Made by a program: the position numbers and the translations under genes
In this document: one piece after another, positions 20,601-29,299 of the stretch
How positions within the stretch are numbered: position 1 is the stretch's first letter
Layout of the letters: each line of letters starts with the position of its first letter
Assembly (NCBI GenBank): GCA_965207995.1
Contig: OZ242299.1
Coordinates: forward strand, 788,863 to 852,862
DNA from: Dehalococcoidia bacterium
Lineage (GTDB): Bacteria; Chloroflexota; Dehalococcoidia; SHYB01
Direction of reading: 5' to 3'
DNA length: 64,000 nucleotides
Notes under the pieces: model-generated
Database searches by the model: none
The model's input: only the letters and a program-made list of their open reading frames with translations
Told to the model about the DNA's origin: nothing

Positions 20601-23523
20601 TGGTGTCCAAGGCCAGCTTCACCGACTCGCCGTCGTCGTCGATCGTGTCCTGTTCGGCGGCAAATGCGAACACGTGCTCAGTCTCGCCGTTGTTGAAGCC
20701 GACGACCGTGGGCAACGTCAAATAGTCATCCCTGGTCGCACCGTCCTGATCGGTTTTCACGATGGGAATGATCAGGTACCGCTCAGGGTCCACATCCAGG
20801 GTCACCTTGATTGTCACCGTGCCGCCTTCGTCGACTTCGTAGTTGGCCTCAGCGAAGCTCACCGTGACCGGCACATCCTCGTCGTCGATGGTCGTCACCT
20901 TGACGCTCCCGGCGGCGAAGTTGTTGTAGTCGGTGTCCGTGGAGGCAACGGTGTGGGTGATCGTGCCTTCGTCGTCGAGGTGGTCATCGTCCTGGTCGGC
21001 GGTGACGATGACCGTCTGCTCCTGGTTCCAGTCGGAGTCGGTGAAGGTAAGGGGCGTGGTGGCGTCAACAGATATATCGGGGCCGCTGGGCACGTTGACG
21101 GTTACCGTGACGTCGGCCGTGGGCTGGGAGGTCAGCACCACGGTGTAGGTGTCGGTGAGACCCTCTTCGATGGTGAGGCTGGGGGGCTCGATGGTGACGC
21201 CGGCGCCGTCGTCGTCGTTGATGCTGACCGTTGTCTGGGCGATGGTCCCGACACTGATGCGGCTCGGCAGGTCGGAGCCGAAGCTCAGCCTCACCGACTC
21301 CCCGTCGTCATTGAGCGTGTCCTGCGCCGCGGTGAAGGTGAACGTCTCCTCCGTGTCGCCGCTCGCGAAGGTCAGGGTCTCGGGCACGCCCGAGTAGTCG
21401 GCGGGGCTGTTCACGCCACCCTGATCGCTCTTGGTGAGGCGGATCTCCACCCGGCGCTCGGGATCGGCGCTGAGCGTCACCGTCACCTCCACCGTGTCCC
21501 CCTCGGCGACAGAGTAGGCAGCCTTGCCGAAGTTCACCTTGACGAACGGGTTATCGTCGTCGTTGATATCGATCGTGGCCTCGCCGTTGGTCCCCTCCGT
21601 CACCGCGTTGGGGAGGGTGCCGAAGCCCAGCTTCACCGACTCGTCGTCGTCGTCCACCGTGTCCTGGCGCGCGGTGAAGTTGAAGAACTTTTCCGTCTCC
21701 CCGCTCAGGAAGACCACGTTGCGGGGCACCCCCGAATAGTCGGAGCCGGTCGCGCCGTCCTGTTCCACCTTGTTGATAGGGATGACCACGCGGCGCTCGG
21801 GGTCTTCGCTGAGGCTGACCTCAACCCTCACGAGGTCGCCCTCGTCAACGAAGTAGGTGGCCTGCTCGAAGGTCACCGTCACCGGCACGTCCTCATCGTC
21901 GATGACGTCCACCTCGACGCTGCCCACGCTGATGCCGTTGTAGTCGCCGTCCGTGGAGCTAGCGGTGTGGGAGATGGTGGCGGACTCGTCGAGGTGGTCG
22001 GCATCGTCGTGGGCCGCCGTTACTCTCACCGTCTGCCTGTGGCCCCAATCGGAGTTGGTGAAGGTGAGCGTCGTTTCGTCGGTCGAGACGTCGGAACTGC
22101 CGGTCCTGGAGATGGTGATGACGACGTTGGCCGTGGGCTGGGAGTTCAGCACTACCGTATAGTCCCGGCTTCCGCCTTCGTTGATCGTGAGCGTCGTGGG
22201 GGAAACGATCACACCGGCGCCGTCGTCGTCGTTGATGCTGACGGTCGCCGTGGCGGTAGTCCCTTCGCTGACCTCGTCCAACTGACTGGTGTCGAAGCCC
22301 AAGGCAACCGACTCTCCGTCATCATCCAGCTTGTCCTGGTACGCGGAGAAGATGAAGGTTCTCTCCGTCTGCCCGCTCCTGAACGTCACGTCCTCGGGGA
22401 CGCCGGAATAGTCGTCGCTGCTCGCGTCCCCCTGCTCGGTCTTGGTGATGGGGATGACGACCTCTCGCTCAGGGTCCTTGTCGAGCGTCACCGTGACCCT
22501 GACCGTGTCTCCCTCGTTCACCGAGTAAGTGGCGGACTTGAAGTTCACCTCGACCGGCACTTCCTCGTCGTCGATCACTTTCACGCTGAGGCTGCGCACG
22601 CGGACGCCGTCGTAGTCGGCGTCGGTGGAGCTAGCCGTGTGCGAGATGGTGGCGGTCTCGTCGAGGTAGTCGTCGTCCTGCTCGGTGGAGACGGTGACCG
22701 TCTGCGGGGCGTCCCAAGTGGAGTCGGTAAAGGTGAGCGTCGTCTCGTCTACAGATACGTCGGCGTCGGTTGGCGTGCCGACCGTGACGACGACGTCGGC
22801 GGTGGGCTGGGAATTCAACCTCACGGTGTAGGTGTCTTCTTCACCCTCGTCGATGGTCAAACTGCTTGGGGAGACCCGCACGCCGACGCCATCGTTGTCG
22901 GTGATTTTGACCATCGCCTGGTTGTTGGGGCCCAAGGTCACCGCGTCGGGCAGCGGTGAGCCGATCCCCAGCGCGACCGCCTCTTCGTCGTCGTCCAGCA
23001 TGTCCTCGGTCGCCGCGAAGTCGAAGGTCTGCTCTGTCTCCCCGCTCTCGAAGATCACCTGGGTCGGTATACCCGAGTAGTCGGAAGGAGTGATGCCGCC
23101 GTACTGGGTCTGGGTGATGGGGATCACCACTTGGCGCCCGGGGTCGCCATCGAGCATGACCTTCACCGACACCCGGCTCCCCTCCTCGACGGCGTAGGTG
23201 GTCTGCTCGAAGCTCACCGCTACCTCTCTGATAGCCTCCGGGCCGTCGTCGTCGATGACGGAGATGGTGGTCGCCTTGATGGTGCCGGCGGAGACCGCGT
23301 TGGGAAGCTCTCCCAGGTCCAGCCGCAGCGACTCATCGTCGTCGTCCGAGACGTCCTGCGCCGCGGTGAAGGTGAAGGAGCTCGACGTCTCCCCGCTCTC
23401 GAAGGTGACGCTGGACGGCACGCCCGAATAGTCGGCGGACGTCAAGCCACCCTGTTCGGTCGCGGTAATGGGGACCACCACCTGCCGCTCCGGGTCCGCG
23501 CTGAGCGTCACCCTCACCACCAC
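17617..23523 (-). CDS. giant secreted Calx-beta repeat protein, C-terminal 1,968-aa portion (after the frameshift) with two C-terminal pre-peptidase (PPC) domains
   Basis: About 11 Calx-beta-like modules (F..Y.V.EG…L[SD].DPER.V.IPI……DY……V.F..GE.E..F.F.A..D..DDD.E) alternating with four ~105-aa modules (L.SQPTA.V..T……V.…LTFT..NW…QTV.V.A..D.D..DE..TI.H). The last ~270 aa hold two PPC-like domains (…DWFKVEMDQGYEYTVVV…GTSSGSGSSVTVVYQPASTGLYYVAVGYDGQDGLFDIDV). The first codon is GTG inside a Calx-beta domain, so this ORF is the continuation of 23333..25750. Confidence 0.8.
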   Translation of the reverse strand: MVVRVTLSADPERQVVVPITATEQGGLTSADYSGVPSSVTFESGETSSSFTFTAAQDVSDDDDESLRLDLGELPNAVSAGTIKATTISVIDDDGPEAIREVAVSFEQTTYAVEEGSRVSVKVMLDGDPGRQVVIPITQTQYGGITPSDYSGIPTQVIFESGETEQTFDFAATEDMLDDDEEAVALGIGSPLPDAVTLGPNNQAMVKITDNDGVGVRVSPSSLTIDEGEEDTYTVRLNSQPTADVVVTVGTPTDADVSVDETTLTFTDSTWDAPQTVTVSTEQDDDYLDETATISHTASSTDADYDGVRVRSLSVKVIDDEEVPVEVNFKSATYSVNEGDTVRVTVTLDKDPEREVVIPITKTEQGDASSDDYSGVPEDVTFRSGQTERTFIFSAYQDKLDDDGESVALGFDTSQLDEVSEGTTATATVSINDDDGAGVIVSPTTLTINEGGSRDYTVVLNSQPTANVVITISRTGSSDVSTDETTLTFTNSDWGHRQTVRVTAAHDDADHLDESATISHTASSTDGDYNGISVGSVEVDVIDDEDVPVTVTFEQATYFVDEGDLVRVEVSLSEDPERRVVIPINKVEQDGATGSDYSGVPRNVVFLSGETEKFFNFTARQDTVDDDDESVKLGFGTLPNAVTEGTNGEATIDINDDDNPFVKVNFGKAAYSVAEGDTVEVTVTLSADPERRVEIRLTKSDQGGVNSPADYSGVPETLTFASGDTEETFTFTAAQDTLNDDGESVRLSFGSDLPSRISVGTIAQTTVSINDDDGAGVTIEPPSLTIEEGLTDTYTVVLTSQPTADVTVTVNVPSGPDISVDATTPLTFTDSDWNQEQTVIVTADQDDDHLDDEGTITHTVASTDTDYNNFAAGSVKVTTIDDEDVPVTVSFAEANYEVDEGGTVTIKVTLDVDPERYLIIPIVKTDQDGATRDDYLTLPTVVGFNNGETEHVFAFAAEQDTIDDDGESVKLALDTSELDSVSDGTVVETTISINDDDVPPVEVSFELDAYSVNEGDDLTVTVKLSADPERQVIIPITKAKQGGAIDGDFTVPANVTFEDGETEKTFTFTAVEDTVDDDDESVKLGFDTSSLDRVSDGSPAETTVSIDDDDDPHVAVYFELADYSVAESDDPTTTNVAENEVTVTVKLSADPERRVIIPITKLKQGGASDGDFTVPADVTFEDGETEKTFTFTAVHDTVDDDDESVKLGFDTSSLDRVEVGATPETTVSIDDDDDPPVEVSFGQATYNVAESDDTSTPNVAENEVAVKVKLNADPERQVVVSITASEQGGASASDYAVPQEVTFESGETEKTITFVAEHDEVDDDNESVLLRFNTGDFPDRVSEGATNAATVRIDDDDDPFVEVSFELDSYSVNEGSTVEVKVKLNADPERQVIIPLITTEQDDASSNDYTPLGNNVTFQTGETEVIVDFIATDDSLDDDGESVKLSFDTSTLDRVDAVSPDETVISINDDDGASVKVSQTSLTINEGSSNTYTVVLTSQPTANVVITITKSGSSNVSVDETELTFTDSNWDDEQTVTVSGEQDDDALAERATITHSAASTDTDYSGISVGSVNITVIDDETEVYFSSDMYMATEGGEDATVVVHLSQPAPSRLVIEVTAEAMAGAVPEDWSGAPTTLTFNQGEDEKSFTVVAFDDNVEDSGEKVRLGFKTPLPSGVVLGDPGTAVVTLANAECDNLATEIIILDEIGEITQAGEKAFWTFDPDPYRHYIIEVIGVDGRDMLGRDTHPGNLTLADPELISVQAVEGTEGAKYSPHVSDSGYGENSLGGWWWGSPGPFRIEVGGSGGTGTYQIKVRVNNICMMYEGERRYPYAGGPDGYGDLDTPGDTSTLRKLYTAPSKHNGYGPSGGFLGDMNGDDRDEDWFKVEMDQGYEYTVVVSERAEVPEKHRATQVKIVGIYDSNGDLIAGTSSGSGSSVTVVYQPASTGLYYVAVGYDGQDGLFDIDVDGEEV

Positions 23524-25750
23524 GGCGTTGCCTTCGACAAACCGAGTAGCCGGTCCGTTCGAAGCTCACCGTCACGGATACCGGTGCTGTCGGTGCTGCC
23601 TCGGGGACTCGGGCGATTATCGTGGCATCATCGTCGACTATGGTGACGATGGTCTCGTCGTTCGTGCCGCCGAGGACCGCCGTCGGGAGGGTCCCGAAGT
23701 CCAGCTTCACCGACTCTTCATCGTCGTCCGCCTCATCCTGGACGGCCGTGAAGGTGAAGGACTGCTCGGTCTCCCCGCTCTCGAAGGTTACGTTCGACGG
23801 TACGCCTGAGTAGTCCGCGGACGTCATCCCGTTCTGCTCGACCGTCTCGATGGGAATGACCACCTGGCGCTCGGGGTCTTTGTCGAGGTTCACCTTGATG
23901 GTGACCATGCTCCCCTCGGTGACCCTGTAGCTGTCCCGTTCGAAACTCGCCTTCACCCGTACGTCGTCGCTGTCAAGGACGTGCACGTTGACGGCGGCCA
24001 CGGCCTTGCCGCTGTAGTCGCTTCCCGCCGCCGTAACCGCGTGGGTGATCGTGGCGGTGTCGTCGGTCCCGTCGAAGTCCTGGGCGGTCGAAACCATCAC
24101 CGTTTGCGCCGTTTCCCAGTTGGACGCGGTGAAGATGAGCGCGCGTTTGTCGACGGTTACGTCCGGGTTGTCCGGCGCCGTGACCGAGACGGTCACGTTC
24201 GCTGCCGGTTGCGAGGCCAGCACCACCGTATAGGGCTTGCTCAGGCCCTCGGCGACAGTCAGCGTGGTCGGGGAGACCGTTATTCCGGCGCCGTCGTCAT
24301 CAATGATGGTGACGGTGGCCTCGTTCGCCGGGCCCTCACTGACGCCGTTGGGCAGCGACGCGCCAAAGGCCAGCTTGACCGACTCGCCGTCGTTCTCTCC
24401 GTCGTCGTCGATGCTGTCCTGGACCGCGGTGAAGGTGAAGGACTGCTCCGTTTCCCCGCTCTCGAAGGTCACGCTCTCGGGCACGCCGGAGTAGTCGGCG
24501 CTGCTCGCGCCGTCCTGTTCGCTCGCCGTGATGGGAACCACGACGTGCCGCTCTGGGTCCGCGCTCAGGGTGATCGTCACGTCGACCTCGTCGCCTTCCG
24601 CAAGCGTGTAGGTGGCGGACTTGAAGCTCACCATCACGGACGGCACGTCATCGTCGTTGATGGAAACGGCCGTTTCGCTCGTGGCGCCGACGGTGACCGC
24701 GTTGGGCAGGCTCCCGAAACCGATCGTCACCGACTCATCGTCGTCGTCCACCATGTCCTGGACCGCGGTAAAGGTGAAGGTCTTCTCCCTCTCTCCGCTC
24801 TCGAAGGTCACGGTCTCGGGCACGCCCGTATAGTCGGCGGCGGTGACCCCGCCCCGCTCGCTCTTGGTGAGGGGAATGACCACCTGCCGCTCTGGGTCCG
24901 CGCTCAGCGTGACCTTCACGGTCGTTGCGCTTCCCTCGGCGACGACATGGGCGGCTTGATCGAAGGAGACGGTGACCGGCGCGTCCTCATCGTCGATGAC
25001 GGTCACGCCCACGCTGGCCATGCGGATGCCGTCGTAGTCGCCGTCGTCGGAGTTGACCGCATGGGCGATCGTGGCGCTCTCGTCCAGGTGGTCGTCGTCT
25101 TGGGCGGCGGACACCGTCACGGTCTGTTCGTCATCCCAGTTGGACGCGGTGAAGGTCAGGCTGCTCGTGTTCACCGACACGCCGGAGCCGCCGGAAGTCG
25201 CGAGGGTGACCGTGACGTCGGCCGTCGGCTGGGAGGCCAGCACCACCGTGTAGGTCGTACTGCCTCCCTCATCAACGGTCAGCGCGGTCTCGGACACGAC
25301 AACGCCGACGCCGTCATCGTCGTTGATGAACACGTCGGTCTCGTCGGTATCCCCTTCATTCACACCCGTGGGCAGGCTGCCGAAGGCCAACGAGACCGAC
25401 TCACCGTCGTCGTCCACGGTGTCTTGCGCGGCAGTCAGGGTGAAGGTCTTCTCCGTTTCCCAGCTCGCGAAGGTCACGGAGGCGGGTACGCCAGAGTAGT
25501 CCGAATCGCTCACGCCGCCCTCTTCGGTCGTGGTGATCGGGACCACCACCTCTCGTCCCGGGACGACGTCGAGCGTCACCGTGACGGTGACGCTTTGTCC
25601 CTCGGCGACGGCGTAGGAGCTTTGCTCGAAGCTGACCGCGACCCATGGGCCATCCTCGGACAAAGCAAAAGGCAAGGCCGCCGCGATCCCAATCACACCC
25701 AGCGCAGCAAAGCCCAGCACACGACTCTTGAGAGTGAGCAGGCTAAACAT
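23333..25750 (-). CDS. giant secreted Calx-beta repeat protein, N-terminal portion with signal peptide (authentic frame only from 25750 down to about 23541)
   Basis: Starts MFSLLTLKSRVLGFAALGVIGIAAALPFALSEDGPW (signal peptide), then 4 Calx-beta and 2 SQPTA-type modules. After …VSFERTGYSV the reading becomes nonsense (CRRQRRGGEG…); shifting by one nucleotide restores …VEGNAVVVRVTLSADPERQ, i.e. the start of ORF 17617..23523. Confidence 0.75.
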   Translation of the reverse strand: MFSLLTLKSRVLGFAALGVIGIAAALPFALSEDGPWVAVSFEQSSYAVAEGQSVTVTVTLDVVPGREVVVPITTTEEGGVSDSDYSGVPASVTFASWETEKTFTLTAAQDTVDDDGESVSLAFGSLPTGVNEGDTDETDVFINDDDGVGVVVSETALTVDEGGSTTYTVVLASQPTADVTVTLATSGGSGVSVNTSSLTFTASNWDDEQTVTVSAAQDDDHLDESATIAHAVNSDDGDYDGIRMASVGVTVIDDEDAPVTVSFDQAAHVVAEGSATTVKVTLSADPERQVVIPLTKSERGGVTAADYTGVPETVTFESGEREKTFTFTAVQDMVDDDDESVTIGFGSLPNAVTVGATSETAVSINDDDVPSVMVSFKSATYTLAEGDEVDVTITLSADPERHVVVPITASEQDGASSADYSGVPESVTFESGETEQSFTFTAVQDSIDDDGENDGESVKLAFGASLPNGVSEGPANEATVTIIDDDGAGITVSPTTLTVAEGLSKPYTVVLASQPAANVTVSVTAPDNPDVTVDKRALIFTASNWETAQTVMVSTAQDFDGTDDTATITHAVTAAGSDYSGKAVAAVNVHVLDSDDVRVKASFERDSYRVTEGSMVTIKVNLDKDPERQVVIPIETVEQNGMTSADYSGVPSNVTFESGETEQSFTFTAVQDEADDDEESVKLDFGTLPTAVLGGTNDETIVTIVDDDATIIARVPEAAPTAPVSVTVSFERTGYSVCRRQRRGGEGDAQRGPGAAGGGPHYRDRTGWLDVRRLFGRAVQRHLRERGDVELLHLHRGAGRLGRRR

Positions 25751-25759
25751 CCACGTTTT

Positions 25760-25788
25760 ATTGTAACCAAATATTGAACCTAGTTCAA
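25760..25788 (-). promoter_or_regulatory. candidate sigma-70-type promoter TTGAAC-17-TACAAT for the giant gene; -10 ends 9 nt before the ATG (near-leaderless mRNA)
   Basis: Minus-strand reading of 25751-25790 is …TTGAACTAGGTTCAATATTTGGTTACAATAAAACGTGG-ATG; about 100-bp AT-rich island (25751-25850) in GC-rich DNA; no Shine-Dalgarno. Confidence 0.4.
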
Positions 25789-25989
25789 AACCAGCACAAA
25801 TTCGTCACATCTCTTTCCTAACGGCACACCTTTTTCTCACAAGAGGACACCGGGGGCCGATTCCCCCAAGAAAGGCCTCCCACGCGTGCGGCGCGCACGC
25901 TCAGTTAACGCGCAACAGGCATAACGGCCAGGATGAGACAGCCCGAAGAGGAAGGGCGAGAGGAAGAAAGGGCTTACCGTCGGGCCGTT

Positions 25990-28900
25990 CTACACCGTCA
26001 GACGGCGGTAAAGCTGCGGTAGCCGCTCCGGCAGCGTGTGGATGTCGGCGACGACCTCGTAGCCCATGTCGCCGCCCATCATCGTCTTCAGGTAGTCGTG
26101 GCCGGCCCGGTCGACGGTGAGGCAGAACGGTGTGATACCCAAGCGCCGCGCTTCGAGCAGCGCCATGCGCGTGTCGTGGACCGCGTACTCTTTCTCCACG
26201 CCCTCGCGGCTGTAGCCCCGGTCCTGCGGCCGGCCATCACTGAGCAGGAAGAGCACCTTGGTGCGAGCCTCGTGGTCGTCGAGCTTGCTGACCGCGTGCC
26301 GGATCGCCGGCCCCATGCGCGTGGCGTGCATCGGCGTGATCTTGTCGAGGCGGCGCTTCACGTTCTCACCGAAGGTTTCCGCGATGTCCTTGACCACGTA
26401 GAACTCGACGTTTTCGCGACCGTAGCCGGAGAAGCCGTAGATGCCGTACTGATCGCCGATGGCCTCCAGCGCCTTGATGAGCAGCACCGTGCTCTCTTTC
26501 TCGATGTCGATGATCCGCTTGTAGGTGCGGCGGCTCATCTCCTCGCGGCGGGTGCGGAGCCACGTCATGTAATCGCGCGGGTCGTCGGGGAAGTCCCACG
26601 AGTCGAACTGCCGGCGCGTCTCATCGACGGCCTCGGCGGTCGAGGCGCTCATGTCGAGCAGGAAGCTCACCGCGACATCGCGCTCGATTTTGTTGCGTCG
26701 CCAGTAGATCTTGTCCGTCGGCGTGTCGCCCGCGCGGGCTTGGATCATGGCCTCGACGACCAGGTCGAAGTCGTACTCCTCCCCGTCGGGAAGGTGCTTG
26801 ACCCTCCGCAGCTGCTCCGGCGCCAGCGACTCGAACTGCTTCTTGATGCGCGAGACGAGTCCATAGTGCGCCCGCAGCGTTCGCTCGAAGAAGTCGACAG
26901 TGCCCTCATCCATGCGCTTCTCGCGCACCGCGCACCAGCGGGGCTTGTAGTCCCCGGCCCGGAAGTCCCACTCGTCGTAGAGGAACGTCTCGGCTTCGCT
27001 CGCCAGCGGGGCGTCGTCGTCCTCGCTGTGCTGGAACTGCGTCCCCTGCTTCGACTTGGCCTGCTGTTGCCGCGCCGCCTCGTTGATCAGGTTGTCGACG
27101 AACTGGCTCGACGACTGCGGCAGGTCGCCCTCTTGCGCCTCCGCGACCTCGATCTCGGCCGACTTTTCGAGCAGTTGTCGCAAGTCTTCCTCGGAGAGCC
27201 CCGTGATCTCCATCGGGTTCTGCGCCTTCGAGCGCTCGTTCTTGAGGTTGTCGAACGCCTGCACGAGCTCGGGCTTGAACTCGCCGCGGAAGTCCACCAT
27301 CTGGGGACTCTTGTATTCCTGCTCGTCGCCGTCGGGCTGGCCCTCGCCCGAGGCGCCCTCCATGAGGTCTTGCAGCATTTGGTCGAGGTCGCCCTCGTCG
27401 CCGTCCTGGCCCATCTCGTCCATGCTGCGTTCTTCGCCGCTTTCGGGGTCGGCCTCGACGTTGGGCACCGTGCTCAGCAGGTCGTAGATGCGGATCGTCG
27501 CCTCCGCCGTGTCTTCGACCGTCCGTTCCTCGTGTTGCATCGTCCGCACCAGCACCGCCAGAGCGTCGAGATACTCCGAGATCTCGGCCGGCGTCTTGAC
27601 CGTCCCCGTCTCCTCCAGGCTCAGCCGGACCAGCACCTCCATCGCCGCCTCCCGCAGCGGCAAGCTGTCCGGTTCCGGGCGCGAGCGCAGCGACTCGCGC
27701 TGCACCCGGCTGTAGCTCTCGCCGATGCCGGCGTACTCGTACTTCACCCGGTGGTCGATACGCCCGTCTTCGACGAGCATGAAGATGTCCGAGGCCAACT
27801 TCCGGTCGCTGAACAGATCGAAGAACCGCTCCAGGTCGATCCGCGCGCCGCCGTCGCCGTCGCGCTTGCCCAGGACGGCCCGCTGCTCCTCGGCGGCGAA
27901 GACCGTGGACGGCTTGTCGAACTGGAAGCCGAAGCTCCCGAACTCCAGGTGTGCTACCTGGTGGGTCGCGATGACCTTGAACCACGCGAAGTTCTCGTCC
28001 TTCGTGGTGTACCGCTCCACAAACGTAGGGAGGAAGATGTTGTCGCCCTCCGTCGTGGCATAGTCAGAAGACGTCCAACCGATCCCCTTGCCCTGCAGCT
28101 CGTCGGTGGGCCGCAGCTCGACCCGTTGGCCCGCGAGCGCGCGGCAATACATGGTGAGGACTTCGTTCACCCGCGCCAGATCGAGCCCCGATGAGAGGTC
28201 TTCGATGGCCCGCTCCGCGCGGCCCGATTCGAGGCGGAAGAAGGCGAGGCCGCCGTCCTCGTTCTCGTCGAGGACGCGCAGCCCCGCATTGAACCAGCCC
28301 TCCAGCCGCTCGCCGCGCAGCCGGTTCATCACCACCGGCGCGTTCTTGACGAACTCTCCCACCGCGGCAGCCGAGTGGTCGGCGAGCCGGTCGGCCATGT
28401 CGAGGAGCGGACCGTGCCAGTCCGGGTGCACCTCGCCAAGAGCGGCGGAGGCTTCCACGAGGAACGTGATCGTGTTGCCCGCCCCCTGCTGCGAGAGCTG
28501 CTGCGCCAAATCGAGGAAGCGTCCGCGCTGGCGGGGCTCCACGCGCTCGATGATCTTCGGGCCGTTCTCGAAATACGGCTTGACGTCGCGCCAGTTCCCG
28601 CGCACCAGCACCGAGCCCAGGTTCAGGAAGCTGACACGGTCGCCGGGGTCGATCTTGGGAAAGACGCCGCTCGCCAGCGCGAGGCACTCGTTCGCCAGGT
28701 CGTACGACTTCTGGGCCAGGCTGTCGATAAAGTCGACGAGGTCTTCAAGTTCCTGGAGGGTGAGCGCGCCCAGCAGCCGCGGGCTCGCCTCGAAGTAGGT
28801 CGAGGCCAGGGAGCTCGACTTCCACGTTCCCTTGTAGAGCCGCTTGCCGACGCCGGCCCAGCGCCCCAACTCCGAGCCTCGCACGTAGGGAATCACCTCG

Positions 28901-29223
28901 GGCGTGGCGCGGAAGAAGGACGATGAGATGACCGGCGAGTCGGACGACAGCGCTCGGCCCCACCGGGCCCACTCCATCACCTCGGGGAATTCGAGCGCCT
29001 GCACCACGCGCGGTGTCGACTTGAAGTACTCGGTCGCCGCTTCCCAGGATCGGAAGGTGTGCTGCGCCAGCGAGACGCCCTCCGCCGCCCACGCTTGGTA
29101 GTCGTCGGCGCCGAGGTGCTTGCGGGCCGCTTCCTCGGCGCCGCGGAACTCGGTGACCACGGACACGGGGAATCGCTGCAGTTGCGATTCGAACGTGGCG
29201 GGGTCGTAAGCCTTATCCGTCAC
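25990..29223 (-). CDS. von Willebrand factor A domain protein, CbbO/NorD-like partner of CbbQ-type MoxR ATPase (1,077 aa)
   Basis: C-terminal VWA domain with MIDAS DxSxS (FLLDMSASTAE); N-terminal ~350 aa has degenerate helical repeats as in CbbO/NorD; long acidic low-complexity insert (…PESGEERSMDEMGQDGDEGDLDQMLQDLMEGASGEGQPDGDEQEY…); 76 nt downstream of the ATPase gene. Confidence 0.8.
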   Translation of the reverse strand: MTDKAYDPATFESQLQRFPVSVVTEFRGAEEAARKHLGADDYQAWAAEGVSLAQHTFRSWEAATEYFKSTPRVVQALEFPEVMEWARWGRALSSDSPVISSSFFRATPEVIPYVRGSELGRWAGVGKRLYKGTWKSSSLASTYFEASPRLLGALTLQELEDLVDFIDSLAQKSYDLANECLALASGVFPKIDPGDRVSFLNLGSVLVRGNWRDVKPYFENGPKIIERVEPRQRGRFLDLAQQLSQQGAGNTITFLVEASAALGEVHPDWHGPLLDMADRLADHSAAAVGEFVKNAPVVMNRLRGERLEGWFNAGLRVLDENEDGGLAFFRLESGRAERAIEDLSSGLDLARVNEVLTMYCRALAGQRVELRPTDELQGKGIGWTSSDYATTEGDNIFLPTFVERYTTKDENFAWFKVIATHQVAHLEFGSFGFQFDKPSTVFAAEEQRAVLGKRDGDGGARIDLERFFDLFSDRKLASDIFMLVEDGRIDHRVKYEYAGIGESYSRVQRESLRSRPEPDSLPLREAAMEVLVRLSLEETGTVKTPAEISEYLDALAVLVRTMQHEERTVEDTAEATIRIYDLLSTVPNVEADPESGEERSMDEMGQDGDEGDLDQMLQDLMEGASGEGQPDGDEQEYKSPQMVDFRGEFKPELVQAFDNLKNERSKAQNPMEITGLSEEDLRQLLEKSAEIEVAEAQEGDLPQSSSQFVDNLINEAARQQQAKSKQGTQFQHSEDDDAPLASEAETFLYDEWDFRAGDYKPRWCAVREKRMDEGTVDFFERTLRAHYGLVSRIKKQFESLAPEQLRRVKHLPDGEEYDFDLVVEAMIQARAGDTPTDKIYWRRNKIERDVAVSFLLDMSASTAEAVDETRRQFDSWDFPDDPRDYMTWLRTRREEMSRRTYKRIIDIEKESTVLLIKALEAIGDQYGIYGFSGYGRENVEFYVVKDIAETFGENVKRRLDKITPMHATRMGPAIRHAVSKLDDHEARTKVLFLLSDGRPQDRGYSREGVEKEYAVHDTRMALLEARRLGITPFCLTVDRAGHDYLKTMMGGDMGYEVVADIHTLPERLPQLYRRLTV

Positions 29224-29299
29224 GGAAGCACTTCCATCGCCGGACTCTCGTCCTCACTGGAGCGGCGGCCGGGGAGCGAAACGTCGCCCGCCGCCGGGC

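Noticed and set aside
19300-23500. repetitive DNA of the giant gene as a possible IS or mobile-element array or CRISPR
   Set aside because: Repeats are in-frame coding domains of about 330-370 bp with no unique spacers, no transposase and no terminal inverted repeats.
18715-25777. many plus-strand ORFs (for example 18715..20157, 20674..22959, 23981..25777) inside the giant repeat gene
   Set aside because: They mirror the coding repeats in antisense (Val/Gly/Asp/Arg-rich, periodic) and have no start context; the minus-strand reading gives coherent Calx-beta and PPC domains.
26038-28194. 718-aa plus-strand ORF antisense to the VWA gene
   Set aside because: Leu/Arg/Val-rich without motifs; minus strand encodes the VWA/CbbO-like protein with a MIDAS motif.
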